Of a DNA stretch of 64,000 nt, positions 38,286-48,318 are shown piece by piece (within the stretch, counting starts at the first letter, position 1; each line of letters starts with the position of its first letter). Below the pieces are notes generated by a model, which saw only the letters and a program-made list of their open reading frames with translations, made no database searches and had not been told where the DNA came from. This DNA is from Bacillota bacterium (lineage in GTDB: Bacteria; Bacillota; Clostridia; TANB77; CAG-465). The stretch covers positions 70,565 through 134,564 of the forward strand of contig JAEWRE010000083.1 of assembly GCA_023460235.1 (NCBI GenBank), given 5' to 3'. The position numbers and the translations under genes are program-made.

Positions 38286-39791
38286 TTATTCTTCTACTTC
38301 AAGTTCTTCATCTTCTAGATTTTCTCTAGGTTTTAATAATGGATAAAGAACCACATCACGGATATTATAGCTACTTGTTAAGAATTGTAAAAATCTATCA
38401 ATTCCAAGTCCCCAACCAGATATTGGTGGCATACCATATTCCATAGCTTTAATATATTCATGATCAATTGACATAGCTTCTTCATCGCCATTTTCTTTTA
38501 ATTTACTTTGTTCAAGTAATCTTGATTCTTGTTCTTCTGAATCAACAAGCTCTGAATAACCATTAATTATTTCTTGTCCATTAACTATTAATTGGAATCT
38601 ATCAGATAGATTTTTGTTTTCATCATTGCTTCTAGCAAGTGGTGAAAGATCAATTGGATGTTTAGTTAAGAAAGTAGGATTTATTATTTTAGGTCTACTT
38701 ACTTTTTTATATAATTGATCTATTAAATTTCCTCTACCTAATGATTCGATATTTTCTACTTCAATTTCAATATTGTTTCTTTTTATTTCTGCAAGTAAAG
38801 TTTCTGCAGTTTCAAATTTATCAATATCAATACCACAGTCCTTTATTAGAAGGTCCCTAAATGAAACATGTTCCCATTCAGTTCCAAAATCAATTTCTTT
38901 GTCACCAATAGTAACTTTTAAATTTCCATCAAAAAGTTTTCCAATAATATATGTTACCATTTCTTTCATAAGTATCATATTATCTTCATAATTATAATAT
39001 GCACTATATCCTTCTATCATAGTGAAATCTTGTAAGTGATTTACGCTTACGCCTTCATTTCTAAAGTCTCTTGCTATTTCAAATATATTTGTAAATCCAC
39101 CAACAATTAATTTTTTTAAAGTAAGTTCTGGTGATATTCTTAAATATACATCAATATCATAAGTGTTATGATGAGTTACAAATGGTCTAGCAGTAGCTCC
39201 AGAAGCTGTATTTTGAAGAACTGGAGTTTCAACTTCAATAAATGCTTTACTATCAAGAAAATCTCTCATTAACTTTATAAATTTTGATCTAAGTAAAAAT
39301 CTCTTTTTAGTTTCATCATTCATTATAAGATCAAGATGTCTTTCACGATATAAAGTTTCTTGATTTGTTATTCCATGAAATTTTTCTGGTAATGGTCTTA
39401 AAGACTTACCAAGGAATTTATATTTTGAAACTCTAATAGTTTTTTCACCAGTTTGAGTTATAAATATCTCACCAGTAACTCCTATAAAATCTCCAATATC
39501 AAGTGTTTCATGTATTTGAGCATATAATTCTTCTCCAACTTCATCTTTTTTTACACAAAGTTGAATTCTGCCTTCTACATCTCTTAAATCCAAGAAACTA
39601 ATCTTTCCCATCTTTCTTTTTGACATTACACGTCCAGCAACACTAACATTATTAGTTTCAGGTGCAAGTTGCATTGCTTGTTTTAATGTATGTGTATATT
39701 CAAATCTTTCTGGACGAACGTTAATTCCAAGTTCTTTTAATTTTGATACTTTCTCTTCACGTACCTTTCTTAGCTCATTAATTTCTCCCAC
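38286..39791 (-). CDS. lysS: lysyl-tRNA synthetase (class II)
   Basis: 501 aa. N-terminal OB anticodon-binding domain and class II motifs 1-3 (FRNEG, GLGIDR). Confidence 0.95.
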   Translation of the reverse strand: MGEINELRKVREEKVSKLKELGINVRPERFEYTHTLKQAMQLAPETNNVSVAGRVMSKRKMGKISFLDLRDVEGRIQLCVKKDEVGEELYAQIHETLDIGDFIGVTGEIFITQTGEKTIRVSKYKFLGKSLRPLPEKFHGITNQETLYRERHLDLIMNDETKKRFLLRSKFIKLMRDFLDSKAFIEVETPVLQNTASGATARPFVTHHNTYDIDVYLRISPELTLKKLIVGGFTNIFEIARDFRNEGVSVNHLQDFTMIEGYSAYYNYEDNMILMKEMVTYIIGKLFDGNLKVTIGDKEIDFGTEWEHVSFRDLLIKDCGIDIDKFETAETLLAEIKRNNIEIEVENIESLGRGNLIDQLYKKVSRPKIINPTFLTKHPIDLSPLARSNDENKNLSDRFQLIVNGQEIINGYSELVDSEEQESRLLEQSKLKENGDEEAMSIDHEYIKAMEYGMPPISGWGLGIDRFLQFLTSSYNIRDVVLYPLLKPRENLEDEELEVEE

Positions 39792-39815
39792 GTTCTTTCC
39801 TCCTACTTATGTATT

Positions 39816-40295
39816 TTATAATTTTTTAATTCCAACTATTTTGTATTTACTTATACCATTTGGTGTTTCAACTTCTACATCGTCACCTTTTTTCTTACCT
39901 ATTAAAGCTCTTCCTACTGGAGATTCATTTGAAATCTTGTTAGTATCGATGTCAACTTCAGTTGCTCCCACTATACCATAAGATACTTCTTCTTCAAACT
40001 CGTAATCATATACAGTTACTAATGTACCAACTCCTGCTTTTCTAGTTGAAACATCATCGTCATCAACTATTTTTGCAAGTCTTAAAGTATTTTCAATTTC
40101 TATAATTCTCGATTCAAGTAAAGCTTGTTCATTTTTTGCATCATCATATTCAGAATTTTCAGATATATCTCCAAATTCCCTCGCAACTTTTATTCTTTCA
40201 GCAACTTCCATTTTCTTTGGTCCTCTTAGATACTGTAATTCTTCTTCTAATTTTTTATAGCCTTCTGGTGTAAGCATTATATCTCTTTCTTCCAT
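39816..40295 (-). CDS. greA: transcription elongation factor GreA
   Basis: 159 aa. Coiled-coil with acidic tip (DISENSEYD) and an FKBP-like C-domain. AGGAGG RBS. Confidence 0.9.
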   Translation of the reverse strand: MEERDIMLTPEGYKKLEEELQYLRGPKKMEVAERIKVAREFGDISENSEYDDAKNEQALLESRIIEIENTLRLAKIVDDDDVSTRKAGVGTLVTVYDYEFEEEVSYGIVGATEVDIDTNKISNESPVGRALIGKKKGDDVEVETPNGISKYKIVGIKKL

Positions 40296-40345
40296 TTTAA
40301 TTTTCCTCCTAAATTAATTTTTTAATATATATTATACATTACTTG

Positions 40346-41269
40346 TCAAGAGACCTTATTGTCAGTGAATAACATATACCAAGCTCCAAGTTTATTTTGA
40401 CTAAAGTTATCAATATGTGCATTTAATCTTTCAAGTATTGTATTAATTTCAAATTTTGATTTTTTAAATTGCAGCATTTCTGGTACAATTTCATCCTCAT
40501 CTGGATTATTTATATCTATGTATTTTGATTCTTTTTTCAATATATACTTAGTTATAAAATCCAATTTTGATATTTTTGAATACATAGCGTAAACATCATA
40601 ATGTTGAATATTTTTTTTGCTTATTATTTCAATTGAAGTACCAAATTCTTTATTTATACTATCAATTTTATTCCTTAAACTAGTATGATCAATTTTACTT
40701 ATTCCATCCATCTTAAGAATATCAACAAATTTATACTTTGATATGTATTCAAGTAGTTTTTCCTGATTATAATCACTTATATCATTTAATATCATAAGTA
40801 TCTTTAGTTTATTTTTATTTACTTCATTTTCATCTATATAATTATTAATATATTGAATGTCATTTTTTACCATAGTATTATTTACTTCCACAACATTAAA
40901 TAGTATTTTTTCGTCTATATTAAAAAATTCAAGTATCTTTTTTCTATATAAAATATTATTATCAATTTCTTTACTAAATACAATATTTAATTTTTCAATT
41001 TTATTTAAATATTTTTTTATATAACTTTTTTTTATAAAATTACCTATTTTAATATTTAATTTATTGGTACCTTCTTTAAAAAATTCTTCATATAAATCAA
41101 TATACATTATTCTATTTAAATTGTTATCATTTATATAATCAACATACATTTTGAACTTTAAAATTCTTTCTTTAAAACTTTTAATTTTTTTTATTAATTT
41201 TAAAAGCTTATTTTTATCTTGAAATGATCCCTTATTTTCCTTATACATATCAACAAAAATAGTATTCAT
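40346..41269 (-). CDS. hypothetical protein (307 aa, soluble, Lys/Asn/Ile-rich) in the position usually held by CdaR/YbbR
   Basis: Directly follows cdaA on the same strand but has no TM anchor or recognisable YbbR repeats. Confidence 0.45.
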   Translation of the reverse strand: MNTIFVDMYKENKGSFQDKNKLLKLIKKIKSFKERILKFKMYVDYINDNNLNRIMYIDLYEEFFKEGTNKLNIKIGNFIKKSYIKKYLNKIEKLNIVFSKEIDNNILYRKKILEFFNIDEKILFNVVEVNNTMVKNDIQYINNYIDENEVNKNKLKILMILNDISDYNQEKLLEYISKYKFVDILKMDGISKIDHTSLRNKIDSINKEFGTSIEIISKKNIQHYDVYAMYSKISKLDFITKYILKKESKYIDINNPDEDEIVPEMLQFKKSKFEINTILERLNAHIDNFSQNKLGAWYMLFTDNKVS

Positions 41270-41324
41270 ATATTACCCCCATATGTACTAATACATACAA
41301 TGTATATATGAATATTTTTTAATT

Positions 41325-42188
41325 TTATGATTTATTTTTTACAATGTTTTTTAATACAGTACCATTTCTTGTTTTATCCATTTTTGCAAGTAATAATTCC
41401 TTTAACCTATCTCCAGAAAGCTCTCTTAACATTTTACCATTTTCTGCAAGTGATATAATGCCTGTCTCTTCAGAAACTACAACAACTAGTGCATCTGATA
41501 TTTCTGTAATTCCAACTGCAGCTCTATGTCTTGTCCCAAGATTTTTTGGAACTGACACTTCTGATGCAAGCGGCAAAATACATTTTGCTGCTAATATCTT
41601 TGTCTTATCTATTACTATTGCGCCATCATGCAAAGGCGTTCTTGGCATAAATATATTTTGTATAAGTTCAGATGATACTTTAGCAGAAAGATTTATACCT
41701 TCTCTTAAGATTTCAGCAATATTAGATTCTCTTTGAATTACTATTATAGCTCCAATCTTCTTTAATGACATAATTTCAACTGCTTTTACAATTTCAGAAA
41801 TTGAATGCTTAACCAAAATATTATCATCCATATCAAAAACATCTACAATTTTACTTCTACCTAATTTTTCAAAAACGTTTCTAAGCTCAGGTTGAAATAC
41901 AACAATAAGTAGCAAAACACCATAGGTCATAAAGTTAGTAAGTATGAAATCAAGAATTACCATATTTAGTACTTTAGATGCTATAAGTAGAACTAATAAC
42001 AATAAAAAGCCCTTAAATATTTGAACAGCTCTTGTTCCTCTTAACATTTTTAAAATATAATAAATTATAAATGTAACAATTGTAATATCCAAAATAAGAA
42101 TTACAATTCTATAAGGACTACTAATATCAAGTGTATCTTTTAGTCCATATAGAATGTCAACTATTTGAATCCATAAATTTTGAAACAT
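41325..42188 (-). CDS. cdaA: diadenylate cyclase (c-di-AMP synthase) CdaA
   Basis: Three N-terminal TM helices then a DAC domain (LHDGAIVI, GTRHRAA). Confidence 0.9.
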   Translation of the reverse strand: MFQNLWIQIVDILYGLKDTLDISSPYRIVILILDITIVTFIIYYILKMLRGTRAVQIFKGFLLLLVLLIASKVLNMVILDFILTNFMTYGVLLLIVVFQPELRNVFEKLGRSKIVDVFDMDDNILVKHSISEIVKAVEIMSLKKIGAIIVIQRESNIAEILREGINLSAKVSSELIQNIFMPRTPLHDGAIVIDKTKILAAKCILPLASEVSVPKNLGTRHRAAVGITEISDALVVVVSEETGIISLAENGKMLRELSGDRLKELLLAKMDKTRNGTVLKNIVKNKS

Positions 42189-42213
42189 AATTCCACCTCA
42201 TGTAAAGTCTATA

Positions 42214-42318
42214 CTAAACATTTTGAAGTGCAGAAATTAATGCTGCAAAAACTCCAAAAACCATAGAGAATATTATAATTCCTACAACTGTATAAGCAAC
42301 TATACCTTTTTTTCTCAA
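42214..42318 (-). CDS. candidate 34-aa hydrophobic micro-protein (LLRKKGIVAYTVVGIIIFSMVFGVFAALISALQNV) with TTG start
   Basis: RBS AGAGGTGAG 7 nt before the TTG. Single predicted TM helix. Fills the cdaA-glyQS gap. Under 60 aa, so absent from the ORF table. Confidence 0.25.
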   Translation of the reverse strand: MRKKGIVAYTVVGIIIFSMVFGVFAALISALQNV

Positions 42319-42330
42319 TAAACTCACCTC

Positions 42331-43713
42331 TTAAAATTCAAATTTATCTTTAAAATAATCTTCTAACTTAGAAATTTCGATTCTTTCTTGTTCCATTGTA
42401 TCTCTATTTCTAATAGTTACAGATTTATCATTTTCAGACTCAAAATCATAAGTAATTACGTATGGAGTACCAATTTCATCTTGTCTTCTATATCTTTTAC
42501 CTATACTTGCAGATTCATCATAATCAACAGTATATTTCTTTGATAAAGTTTCAAGAATCTCTTCTGCTCCGGCACTTAATTTCTTTGATAGCGGTAACAC
42601 AGCAATTTTTATTGGTGCAAGTGCTGGATGTAATTTTAATACAACTCTTGTATCATCCTCTGAAAGTTTTTCTTCTTCATATGCATTGCATAAAAACATA
42701 AGAAATAATCTATCAACACCAACAGCGGGTTCTATACAGTATGGTATATACTTTTCATTTGTTTCTGTATCTAAGTAAGTCATATCTGCTCCTGAAGCCT
42801 CCATATGACGTTTTAAATCATAATCTGTTCTATCAGCAATGCCCCATAGTTCTCCCCATCCGAAAGGAAACTTATATTCTATATCGGCAGTTGCGTTACT
42901 ATAAAAAGAAAGTTCTTCTTTAGTATGATCTCTAAGTCTTAGATTATTTGAAGATGCACCTAAATTAGTTAAAAACTTCATACAAGTTTCTTTCCAGTAT
43001 TCATGCCATTTTAGATCTTCACCAGGTTTACAGAAAAATTCTAATTCCATTTGTTCAAATTCTCTTATTCTAAATAAGAAGTTACCAGGAGTTATCTCAT
43101 TTCTAAAAGATTTGCCTTGTTGTCCAATACCCATTGGAAGCTTCCTTCTTGTAGTCCTTAAAACATTTTTAAAGTTTACAAACATTCCTTGTGCGGTTTC
43201 AGGTCTTAAATATATTTCAGCTTTTGAATCTTCAGTAACACCTTGAAATGTTTTAAACATCATATTGAACTGTCTAATGTCAGTAAAATTAAGTTTTCCA
43301 CATTCAGGACAAACTATATTATTTTCTTTAATATAATTAATAGTTTGCTCATTACTCCAACCATCAGCAATAATATCCTTATCATTTTTTGTAGCCCATT
43401 CTTCAATAAGTTTATCAGCTCTATGTCTTGTCTTACATTCTTTACAGTCAATAAGAGGATCAGAAAAACCACCAACATGCCCAGTAGTAATCCATACTTG
43501 AGGATTCATAAGTATAGCAGTGTCAACTGCTACGTTATATTTATTTTCTTGAATTATCTTTTTCATCCATGCTTTTTTTATGTTGTTTTTTAACTCAACA
43601 CCTAATGGACCATAATCCCATGAATTTGCAAGTCCACCGTAAATTTCAGAACCTGCATAAACATATCCTCTGTTTTTACATAAATTTACTATTGTGTCCA
43701 TTGAATTTACCAT
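42331..43713 (-). CDS. glyQS: glycyl-tRNA synthetase (alpha2 dimeric class II type)
   Basis: 460 aa. Class II motifs and a C-terminal anticodon-binding domain. AAAGGAG RBS. Confidence 0.95.
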   Translation of the reverse strand: MVNSMDTIVNLCKNRGYVYAGSEIYGGLANSWDYGPLGVELKNNIKKAWMKKIIQENKYNVAVDTAILMNPQVWITTGHVGGFSDPLIDCKECKTRHRADKLIEEWATKNDKDIIADGWSNEQTINYIKENNIVCPECGKLNFTDIRQFNMMFKTFQGVTEDSKAEIYLRPETAQGMFVNFKNVLRTTRRKLPMGIGQQGKSFRNEITPGNFLFRIREFEQMELEFFCKPGEDLKWHEYWKETCMKFLTNLGASSNNLRLRDHTKEELSFYSNATADIEYKFPFGWGELWGIADRTDYDLKRHMEASGADMTYLDTETNEKYIPYCIEPAVGVDRLFLMFLCNAYEEEKLSEDDTRVVLKLHPALAPIKIAVLPLSKKLSAGAEEILETLSKKYTVDYDESASIGKRYRRQDEIGTPYVITYDFESENDKSVTIRNRDTMEQERIEISKLEDYFKDKFEF

Positions 43714-43726
43714 TTTTCATTCTCCT

Positions 43727-44503
43727 TTATTTTAATTCTATGTCAAGATAATCTTTTACAATTTCTCCACTATTAAAAACTATATGTAGTTTTGAATCTT
43801 TTATGTAGAAATTTTCAAGTCCAGTTACTGCATAAGTATAATCTGATTCTTTTACTAATCTCTTTGATACAACATATTCTCTAACTTGAGAATTTATTTT
43901 AGTTTTATAATCTTTATCATACATATTTATAGCAATATCAGAAATTTTAATTAATTCTTTTGTAGCTAAATTAATATTATACGTATCAACTTTTTCAGTT
44001 GCATTCTTTTTACCTGCATCATCTACTAGACGTTGATTAACAGTAATTGACAATATTTTTTTACCAGATACAATATTATCATAAGCTTTATATGTAACCT
44101 TATAGGTAAAAGAATTGTTAACATTATTTCCTTTTATTGAAGAAAATAAATCATTATATTTTTTTTCAATATCTGCGTTTATAGTTTCAAGTTTTTCTCC
44201 ATTAACTGAAATAACAGGTATAGTTAAACTACACTTATTATTTTTATTTTCACTATCAGTTAAGACTTTATCTTCAACTTTATATGATATATCTGAAGCA
44301 TTAGCCATAGTTTGTTCTGATTCTTCATTTGTTAGATTAACTAAGCTTTGTGTTTCAGAACTACCCTTTCCTACTACTGGTGGGTTATTTTCATTAGATA
44401 AAGAATAATATATTATGCCTCCACCAATTATAACAAATAGCACGAAGGCTATAATAAATCCTTTTGAACTCTTTTTAGTTTCACTAAATCTCATAGTTTC
44501 CAT
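43727..44503 (-). CDS. membrane-anchored extracytoplasmic protein (DUF3298/DUF4163-like)
   Basis: N-terminal TM helix then a roughly 200-aa exported domain. Stop is 13 nt before the glyQS start. Confidence 0.5.
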   Translation of the reverse strand: METMRFSETKKSSKGFIIAFVLFVIIGGGIIYYSLSNENNPPVVGKGSSETQSLVNLTNEESEQTMANASDISYKVEDKVLTDSENKNNKCSLTIPVISVNGEKLETINADIEKKYNDLFSSIKGNNVNNSFTYKVTYKAYDNIVSGKKILSITVNQRLVDDAGKKNATEKVDTYNINLATKELIKISDIAINMYDKDYKTKINSQVREYVVSKRLVKESDYTYAVTGLENFYIKDSKLHIVFNSGEIVKDYLDIELK

Positions 44504-44592
44504 TTATAATTACACCTCGCGTATATTTTACTATATTTAATCTAATTTTTCAATGAAAATCTACATATTTTTTAATATAACTTAAATATTTA

Positions 44593-45411
44593 TTATGGAG
44601 CAATTGATTTTATATTTATAGTTATACCAAATAAATTTATACCAGTAGCAAAATCTACAGAATAAATAGCTGTATTCCTTATTTGAGAACTTATTTTGGG
44701 TATACTTTTCCCATATTTTATCTCAATATCAATATCTAGTTTCATTCCATTAATAAACTTTTGAGTGCTAACTCTAAATATTTTTGTAACGCCTTCAATT
44801 TTTAAAACTGAATGTCCAACTATACTATTTATAACTGAATCAGATATTATAAAATTACCAAGATAGCTATATGTTGGTCTAATTATTGTTTTTTCGCTAA
44901 AATCATGTTCTGTCTGATCATTCTTTATTTTTATTCCAAAAGTCTTTAATGCATCTAAAAAATATCCAGAAAATTGATTTTTAATTTCAAAGGTTGGAAC
45001 TGGTACAACATGTTTTCCTTCTTGAATTCTAGACCTTTTTGCCTCTTCTATTTGTTCTGGTGATGCTATATCTTCAATATTTATATACTTATATATTTTA
45101 CCTACATTAAGATTATTTGCAATTTTTTCAACCATATCATTTGAAGTTCCTAGTATTAAAAGCTTTGTTGGTTTTTCTTTTTTTAATGTATCAATTATTT
45201 CCTGTCTTCTTGTCTCATCTAAAAAACAAGCTGCTTTGACAGAAGCAATTTTACTTCCTTCTGTCTTAGCAGATTTACCAGCAATAACTTTAGTATTTTT
45301 TATAAGTATTGCATCATCAATTATATAATCAATTCCATTGCTTTTTGCAACAGATTGAGCATTGTAACTTTTTCCTGTACCAGTTTTACCTACAAATGCA
45401 TAAACTTGCAT
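44593..45411 (-). CDS. P-loop NTPase domain fused to Asp23/Gls24-like domain
   Basis: N-terminal Walker A GKTGTGKS. C-terminal roughly 110 aa resemble the Asp23 alkaline-shock family (YSYLGNFIISDSVINSIVGHSV...). Confidence 0.5.
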   Translation of the reverse strand: MQVYAFVGKTGTGKSYNAQSVAKSNGIDYIIDDAILIKNTKVIAGKSAKTEGSKIASVKAACFLDETRRQEIIDTLKKEKPTKLLILGTSNDMVEKIANNLNVGKIYKYINIEDIASPEQIEEAKRSRIQEGKHVVPVPTFEIKNQFSGYFLDALKTFGIKIKNDQTEHDFSEKTIIRPTYSYLGNFIISDSVINSIVGHSVLKIEGVTKIFRVSTQKFINGMKLDIDIEIKYGKSIPKISSQIRNTAIYSVDFATGINLFGITINIKSIAP

Positions 45412-45421
45412 TAAAACACCT

Positions 45422-47530
45422 CTATACTTTCATTAAGTCCTTTGCAGTTAAACTAAATTTACCATCTTCTTTACCAATTTCAGTAACTTTTACTAATATA
45501 TCATCGCCTACTTTAAGCACATCTTCTACTTTATTTACTCTCTCAGTAGAAATTTGTGATATATGTAAAAGGCCTTCTTTACCTGGTAGTACTTCAACTA
45601 GTGCACCAAATTGTAGTATTCTAGTAACTTTTCCCATGTAAACTTGATTTAATTCTACATCTCTAGTTAATGAATCAATTATTTGTATTGCTCTATCTAA
45701 TCTTTCTTGATCTGTTCCAGAAACAAATACTGTTCCATCATCTTCAATATCAATCTTAACTCCAGTTTCTTCTATTATTTTATTAATAGTTTTTCCACCA
45801 GCACCAATTACATCTCTAATTTTATCTGGATTTATTTTCATTGTTTCAATCTTAGGAGCAAATTTTGATAAATTAGCTCTTGGCTTATCAATTGCTTTTA
45901 ACATAACTTCATCTAAAATATATTCTCTAGCAACTTTTGTTTTTCTAAATGCTTCATCTATTATTTCATAAGTTAATCCATCAACTTTTATATCAACTTG
46001 TATAGCAGTTATACCTTTTTTAGTTCCTGCAACTTTAAAGTCCATATCACCAAAGAAATCTTCTATTCCTTGTATGTCTGTTACCATTATATAATCTGAT
46101 GTATCACCATCTTTTGTAAATAATCCAGTTGATATACCAGCAACAGGTGCTTTAATTGGAACACCTGCATCCATAAGTGCAAGAGTTGAACCGCATACGC
46201 TACCTTGAGAAGTTGAACCATTTGAACTTAAAACCTCAGATACCACCCTAATTGTATATGGGAATTCATCTTTAGAAGGTATAACTGGCTCTAAAGCTCT
46301 TTCTGCAAGTGCTCCATGTCCGATTTCACGTCTTCCAGGTCCACGAGAAGGTCTTGCTTCACCTACGCTATATGGTGGGAAGTTATAATGGTGCATATAT
46401 CTTTTTGATACTTCTTCATCAAGCCCATCAAAAGTTTGCTCATCAGCAATACTTCCAAGTGTTACCATTGAAAGGACTTGCGTTTGACCACGAGAGAATA
46501 ATGCACTTCCATGAACTCTATTAAATAATCCTACTTCTGCACTCAGATGTCTAATTTCATCTATTCCTCTTCCATCTACTCTTTCAGATTTTTCAACAAT
46601 AAGTTTTCTTACTGCTTTTTTCTCTGCTTTATATAGTGCTTCATTTATCATTGATTTATTTTTTTGATATTCTTCTTCACCATATTTTTTTATATATTCT
46701 TCTTTTACAAAAGAGTTTACTTCATCAATTGCTTGATCTCTACCATTTTTATTTGAAGAAATAACAGCTTCTTCAAATTTTTTACAAGCAATTTCTTCTA
46801 TAAATTCTGCTAAATCAGTAGGTACTGCAAAAGACTTATAGCTTGCTTTTTCTTTTCCAATTTCACTACGAATAGCTTTAATAAATTCACATACTTTTTT
46901 AATTTCGCTATGTGCAACTTTAATAGCTTCTAGCATAATTTCATCTGGCACTTCATTAGCTCCTGCTTCTATCATGCAAACTTTTTCATATGTAGCAGAA
47001 ACAGTAAGGTCAAGATCAGATTTTTCTCTTTGTTCTAAATTTGGATTAAGAACTATTTTTCCATCTACTAATCCAACTTTTATAGATCCAACAAGTGCGT
47101 CAAAAGGTATATCTGATATGTTAAGTGCGATAGATGCACCAAGTGAAGCTGGTACTTCTGGTAAAACATCAGGATCAACAGCAAGTACAAGAGCATTTAT
47201 TGAAGTATCATTTCTATAATCCTTTGGAAATAAAGGACGCATTGGTCTATCAATAACACGAGAAACAAGAACTGCTTTTGTAGTAGGTTTTCCTTCTCTT
47301 TTTATATATCCTCCAGGTATTTTACCAACAGCATAAAGTCTTTCTTCATAATCAACTGATAATGGTAAAAAATCAATTCCTTCTTTTGCTTCTTTAGACA
47401 TAGTAACATTTACTATAACAGCTGTATCGCCATATCTAACTAAACAAGATCCATTTGCAAGTTCAGCCATTTTACCTGTTTCAACAATTAAAGGTCTGCC
47501 TGCATATTCCATTTCAAACTTTTTATACAT
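45422..47530 (-). CDS. pnp: polynucleotide phosphorylase
   Basis: Two RNase PH domains, KH and S1. Start set at MYKKFEMEY (ATG 47530) with AGGAGG 8 nt upstream. The ORF table extends 25 codons further to 47605. Confidence 0.95.
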   Translation of the reverse strand: MYKKFEMEYAGRPLIVETGKMAELANGSCLVRYGDTAVIVNVTMSKEAKEGIDFLPLSVDYEERLYAVGKIPGGYIKREGKPTTKAVLVSRVIDRPMRPLFPKDYRNDTSINALVLAVDPDVLPEVPASLGASIALNISDIPFDALVGSIKVGLVDGKIVLNPNLEQREKSDLDLTVSATYEKVCMIEAGANEVPDEIMLEAIKVAHSEIKKVCEFIKAIRSEIGKEKASYKSFAVPTDLAEFIEEIACKKFEEAVISSNKNGRDQAIDEVNSFVKEEYIKKYGEEEYQKNKSMINEALYKAEKKAVRKLIVEKSERVDGRGIDEIRHLSAEVGLFNRVHGSALFSRGQTQVLSMVTLGSIADEQTFDGLDEEVSKRYMHHYNFPPYSVGEARPSRGPGRREIGHGALAERALEPVIPSKDEFPYTIRVVSEVLSSNGSTSQGSVCGSTLALMDAGVPIKAPVAGISTGLFTKDGDTSDYIMVTDIQGIEDFFGDMDFKVAGTKKGITAIQVDIKVDGLTYEIIDEAFRKTKVAREYILDEVMLKAIDKPRANLSKFAPKIETMKINPDKIRDVIGAGGKTINKIIEETGVKIDIEDDGTVFVSGTDQERLDRAIQIIDSLTRDVELNQVYMGKVTRILQFGALVEVLPGKEGLLHISQISTERVNKVEDVLKVGDDILVKVTEIGKEDGKFSLTAKDLMKV

Positions 47531-47558
47531 AAAATTCCTCCTTAAATTAACTATGTAT

Positions 47559-47628
47559 GAGAGGCGGTAATAATAATTTCTAGATATTATTTGCAATATA
47601 CCCACAAATTATTACTACAACTGCCTCT
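47559..47628 (-). promoter_or_regulatory. long imperfect stem-loop in the pnp 5' leader
   Basis: GAGAGGCGGTAATAATAATTT pairs with AAATTATTACTACAACTGCCTCT (internal bulge), between the predicted promoter and the pnp RBS. Confidence 0.4.
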
Positions 47629-47642
47629 AAAAATATATGTTA

Positions 47643-47671
47643 ATTATACTATATTTAAATAAATAGTTCAA
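47643..47671 (-). promoter_or_regulatory. putative sigma-A promoter of pnp (TTGAAC -17- TATAAT on minus strand)
   Basis: Seen in the reverse complement. Confidence 0.45.
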
Positions 47672-47738
47672 TAGAATTAAAAAAAATAGTTAAATAGTAT
47701 AAAATTTCCATATTATGTAAATTATTTAAGTAAAAATA

Positions 47739-47767
47739 TTGTTTTTTATGTTAACTAGTGATATAAT
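47739..47767 (+). promoter_or_regulatory. putative promoter (TTGTTT -17- TGaTATAAT) for 47837..48265
   Basis: Extended -10 with TG. Weak -35. Confidence 0.35.
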
Positions 47768-47836
47768 TGTATTATGTAAACAATCGACAATTTGTCAGTT
47801 AATTTAATGACGAGGATTACAAAGGAGGAAACTACA

Positions 47837-48265
47837 ATGCTAACTACACTTATGACGAGATATGAAGATGATTTTTGTAATGCATTAACCGAAGCTATTC
47901 CAAGTATTATACCAATGGAAGATGTACATGGGTTGCTGTATAGTTTGGAAGATTATAATGGCGAGTGCATAATAAACTTTAAAAATCAAAAAAATGTAAC
48001 TGTACTGGTCTACAGATTAGAAGAAAAATGTAATCTTAGAGAATTCATAGCAAAAAAAGCTCCACAGGTTGCGAGTGAACGTGGACATTTAAAAAATCTT
48101 TTTAAAGATATGTTTATCAAAAAATACATAACCCCCAAAAAAGTGCAGCTTGTAGCTATGAATACCAATAAACACCATATAACAAAAAGGGATAAAGGAA
48201 TTGACAAAGTATACGATTTATCAGCAAAAGCATACAATTTTAAAAAACAGGTTGCTATGCTGTGA
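47837..48265 (+). CDS. hypothetical protein (142 aa)
   Basis: ATG at 47837 preceded by AAAGGAGG with 8-nt spacing. The ORF table begins 15 codons earlier at 47792. The opposite-strand ORF 48010..48300 is judged spurious. Confidence 0.5.
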   Translation: MLTTLMTRYEDDFCNALTEAIPSIIPMEDVHGLLYSLEDYNGECIINFKNQKNVTVLVYRLEEKCNLREFIAKKAPQVASERGHLKNLFKDMFIKKYITPKKVQLVAMNTNKHHITKRDKGIDKVYDLSAKAYNFKKQVAML

Positions 48266-48271
48266 ACAAAC

Positions 48272-48318
48272 AAACGTGACAGTAGTGTAAAATTTAACAC
48301 TCTGCCACGTTTACTTTT
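48272..48318. terminator. imperfect hairpin terminator between convergent genes
   Basis: aaacgtgacagtagtgt ... acactctgccacgttt then ACTTTTTA. Confidence 0.4.

Noticed and set aside
43714-43726. T-box leader upstream of glyQS
   Set aside because: Only 13 nt separate glyQS from the upstream gene, so there is no room for a leader.
48010-48300. Minus-strand 96-aa ORF overlapping 47837..48265
   Set aside because: It is hydrophobic junk-like and has no RBS. The plus-strand ORF has an AGGAGG RBS and a promoter.
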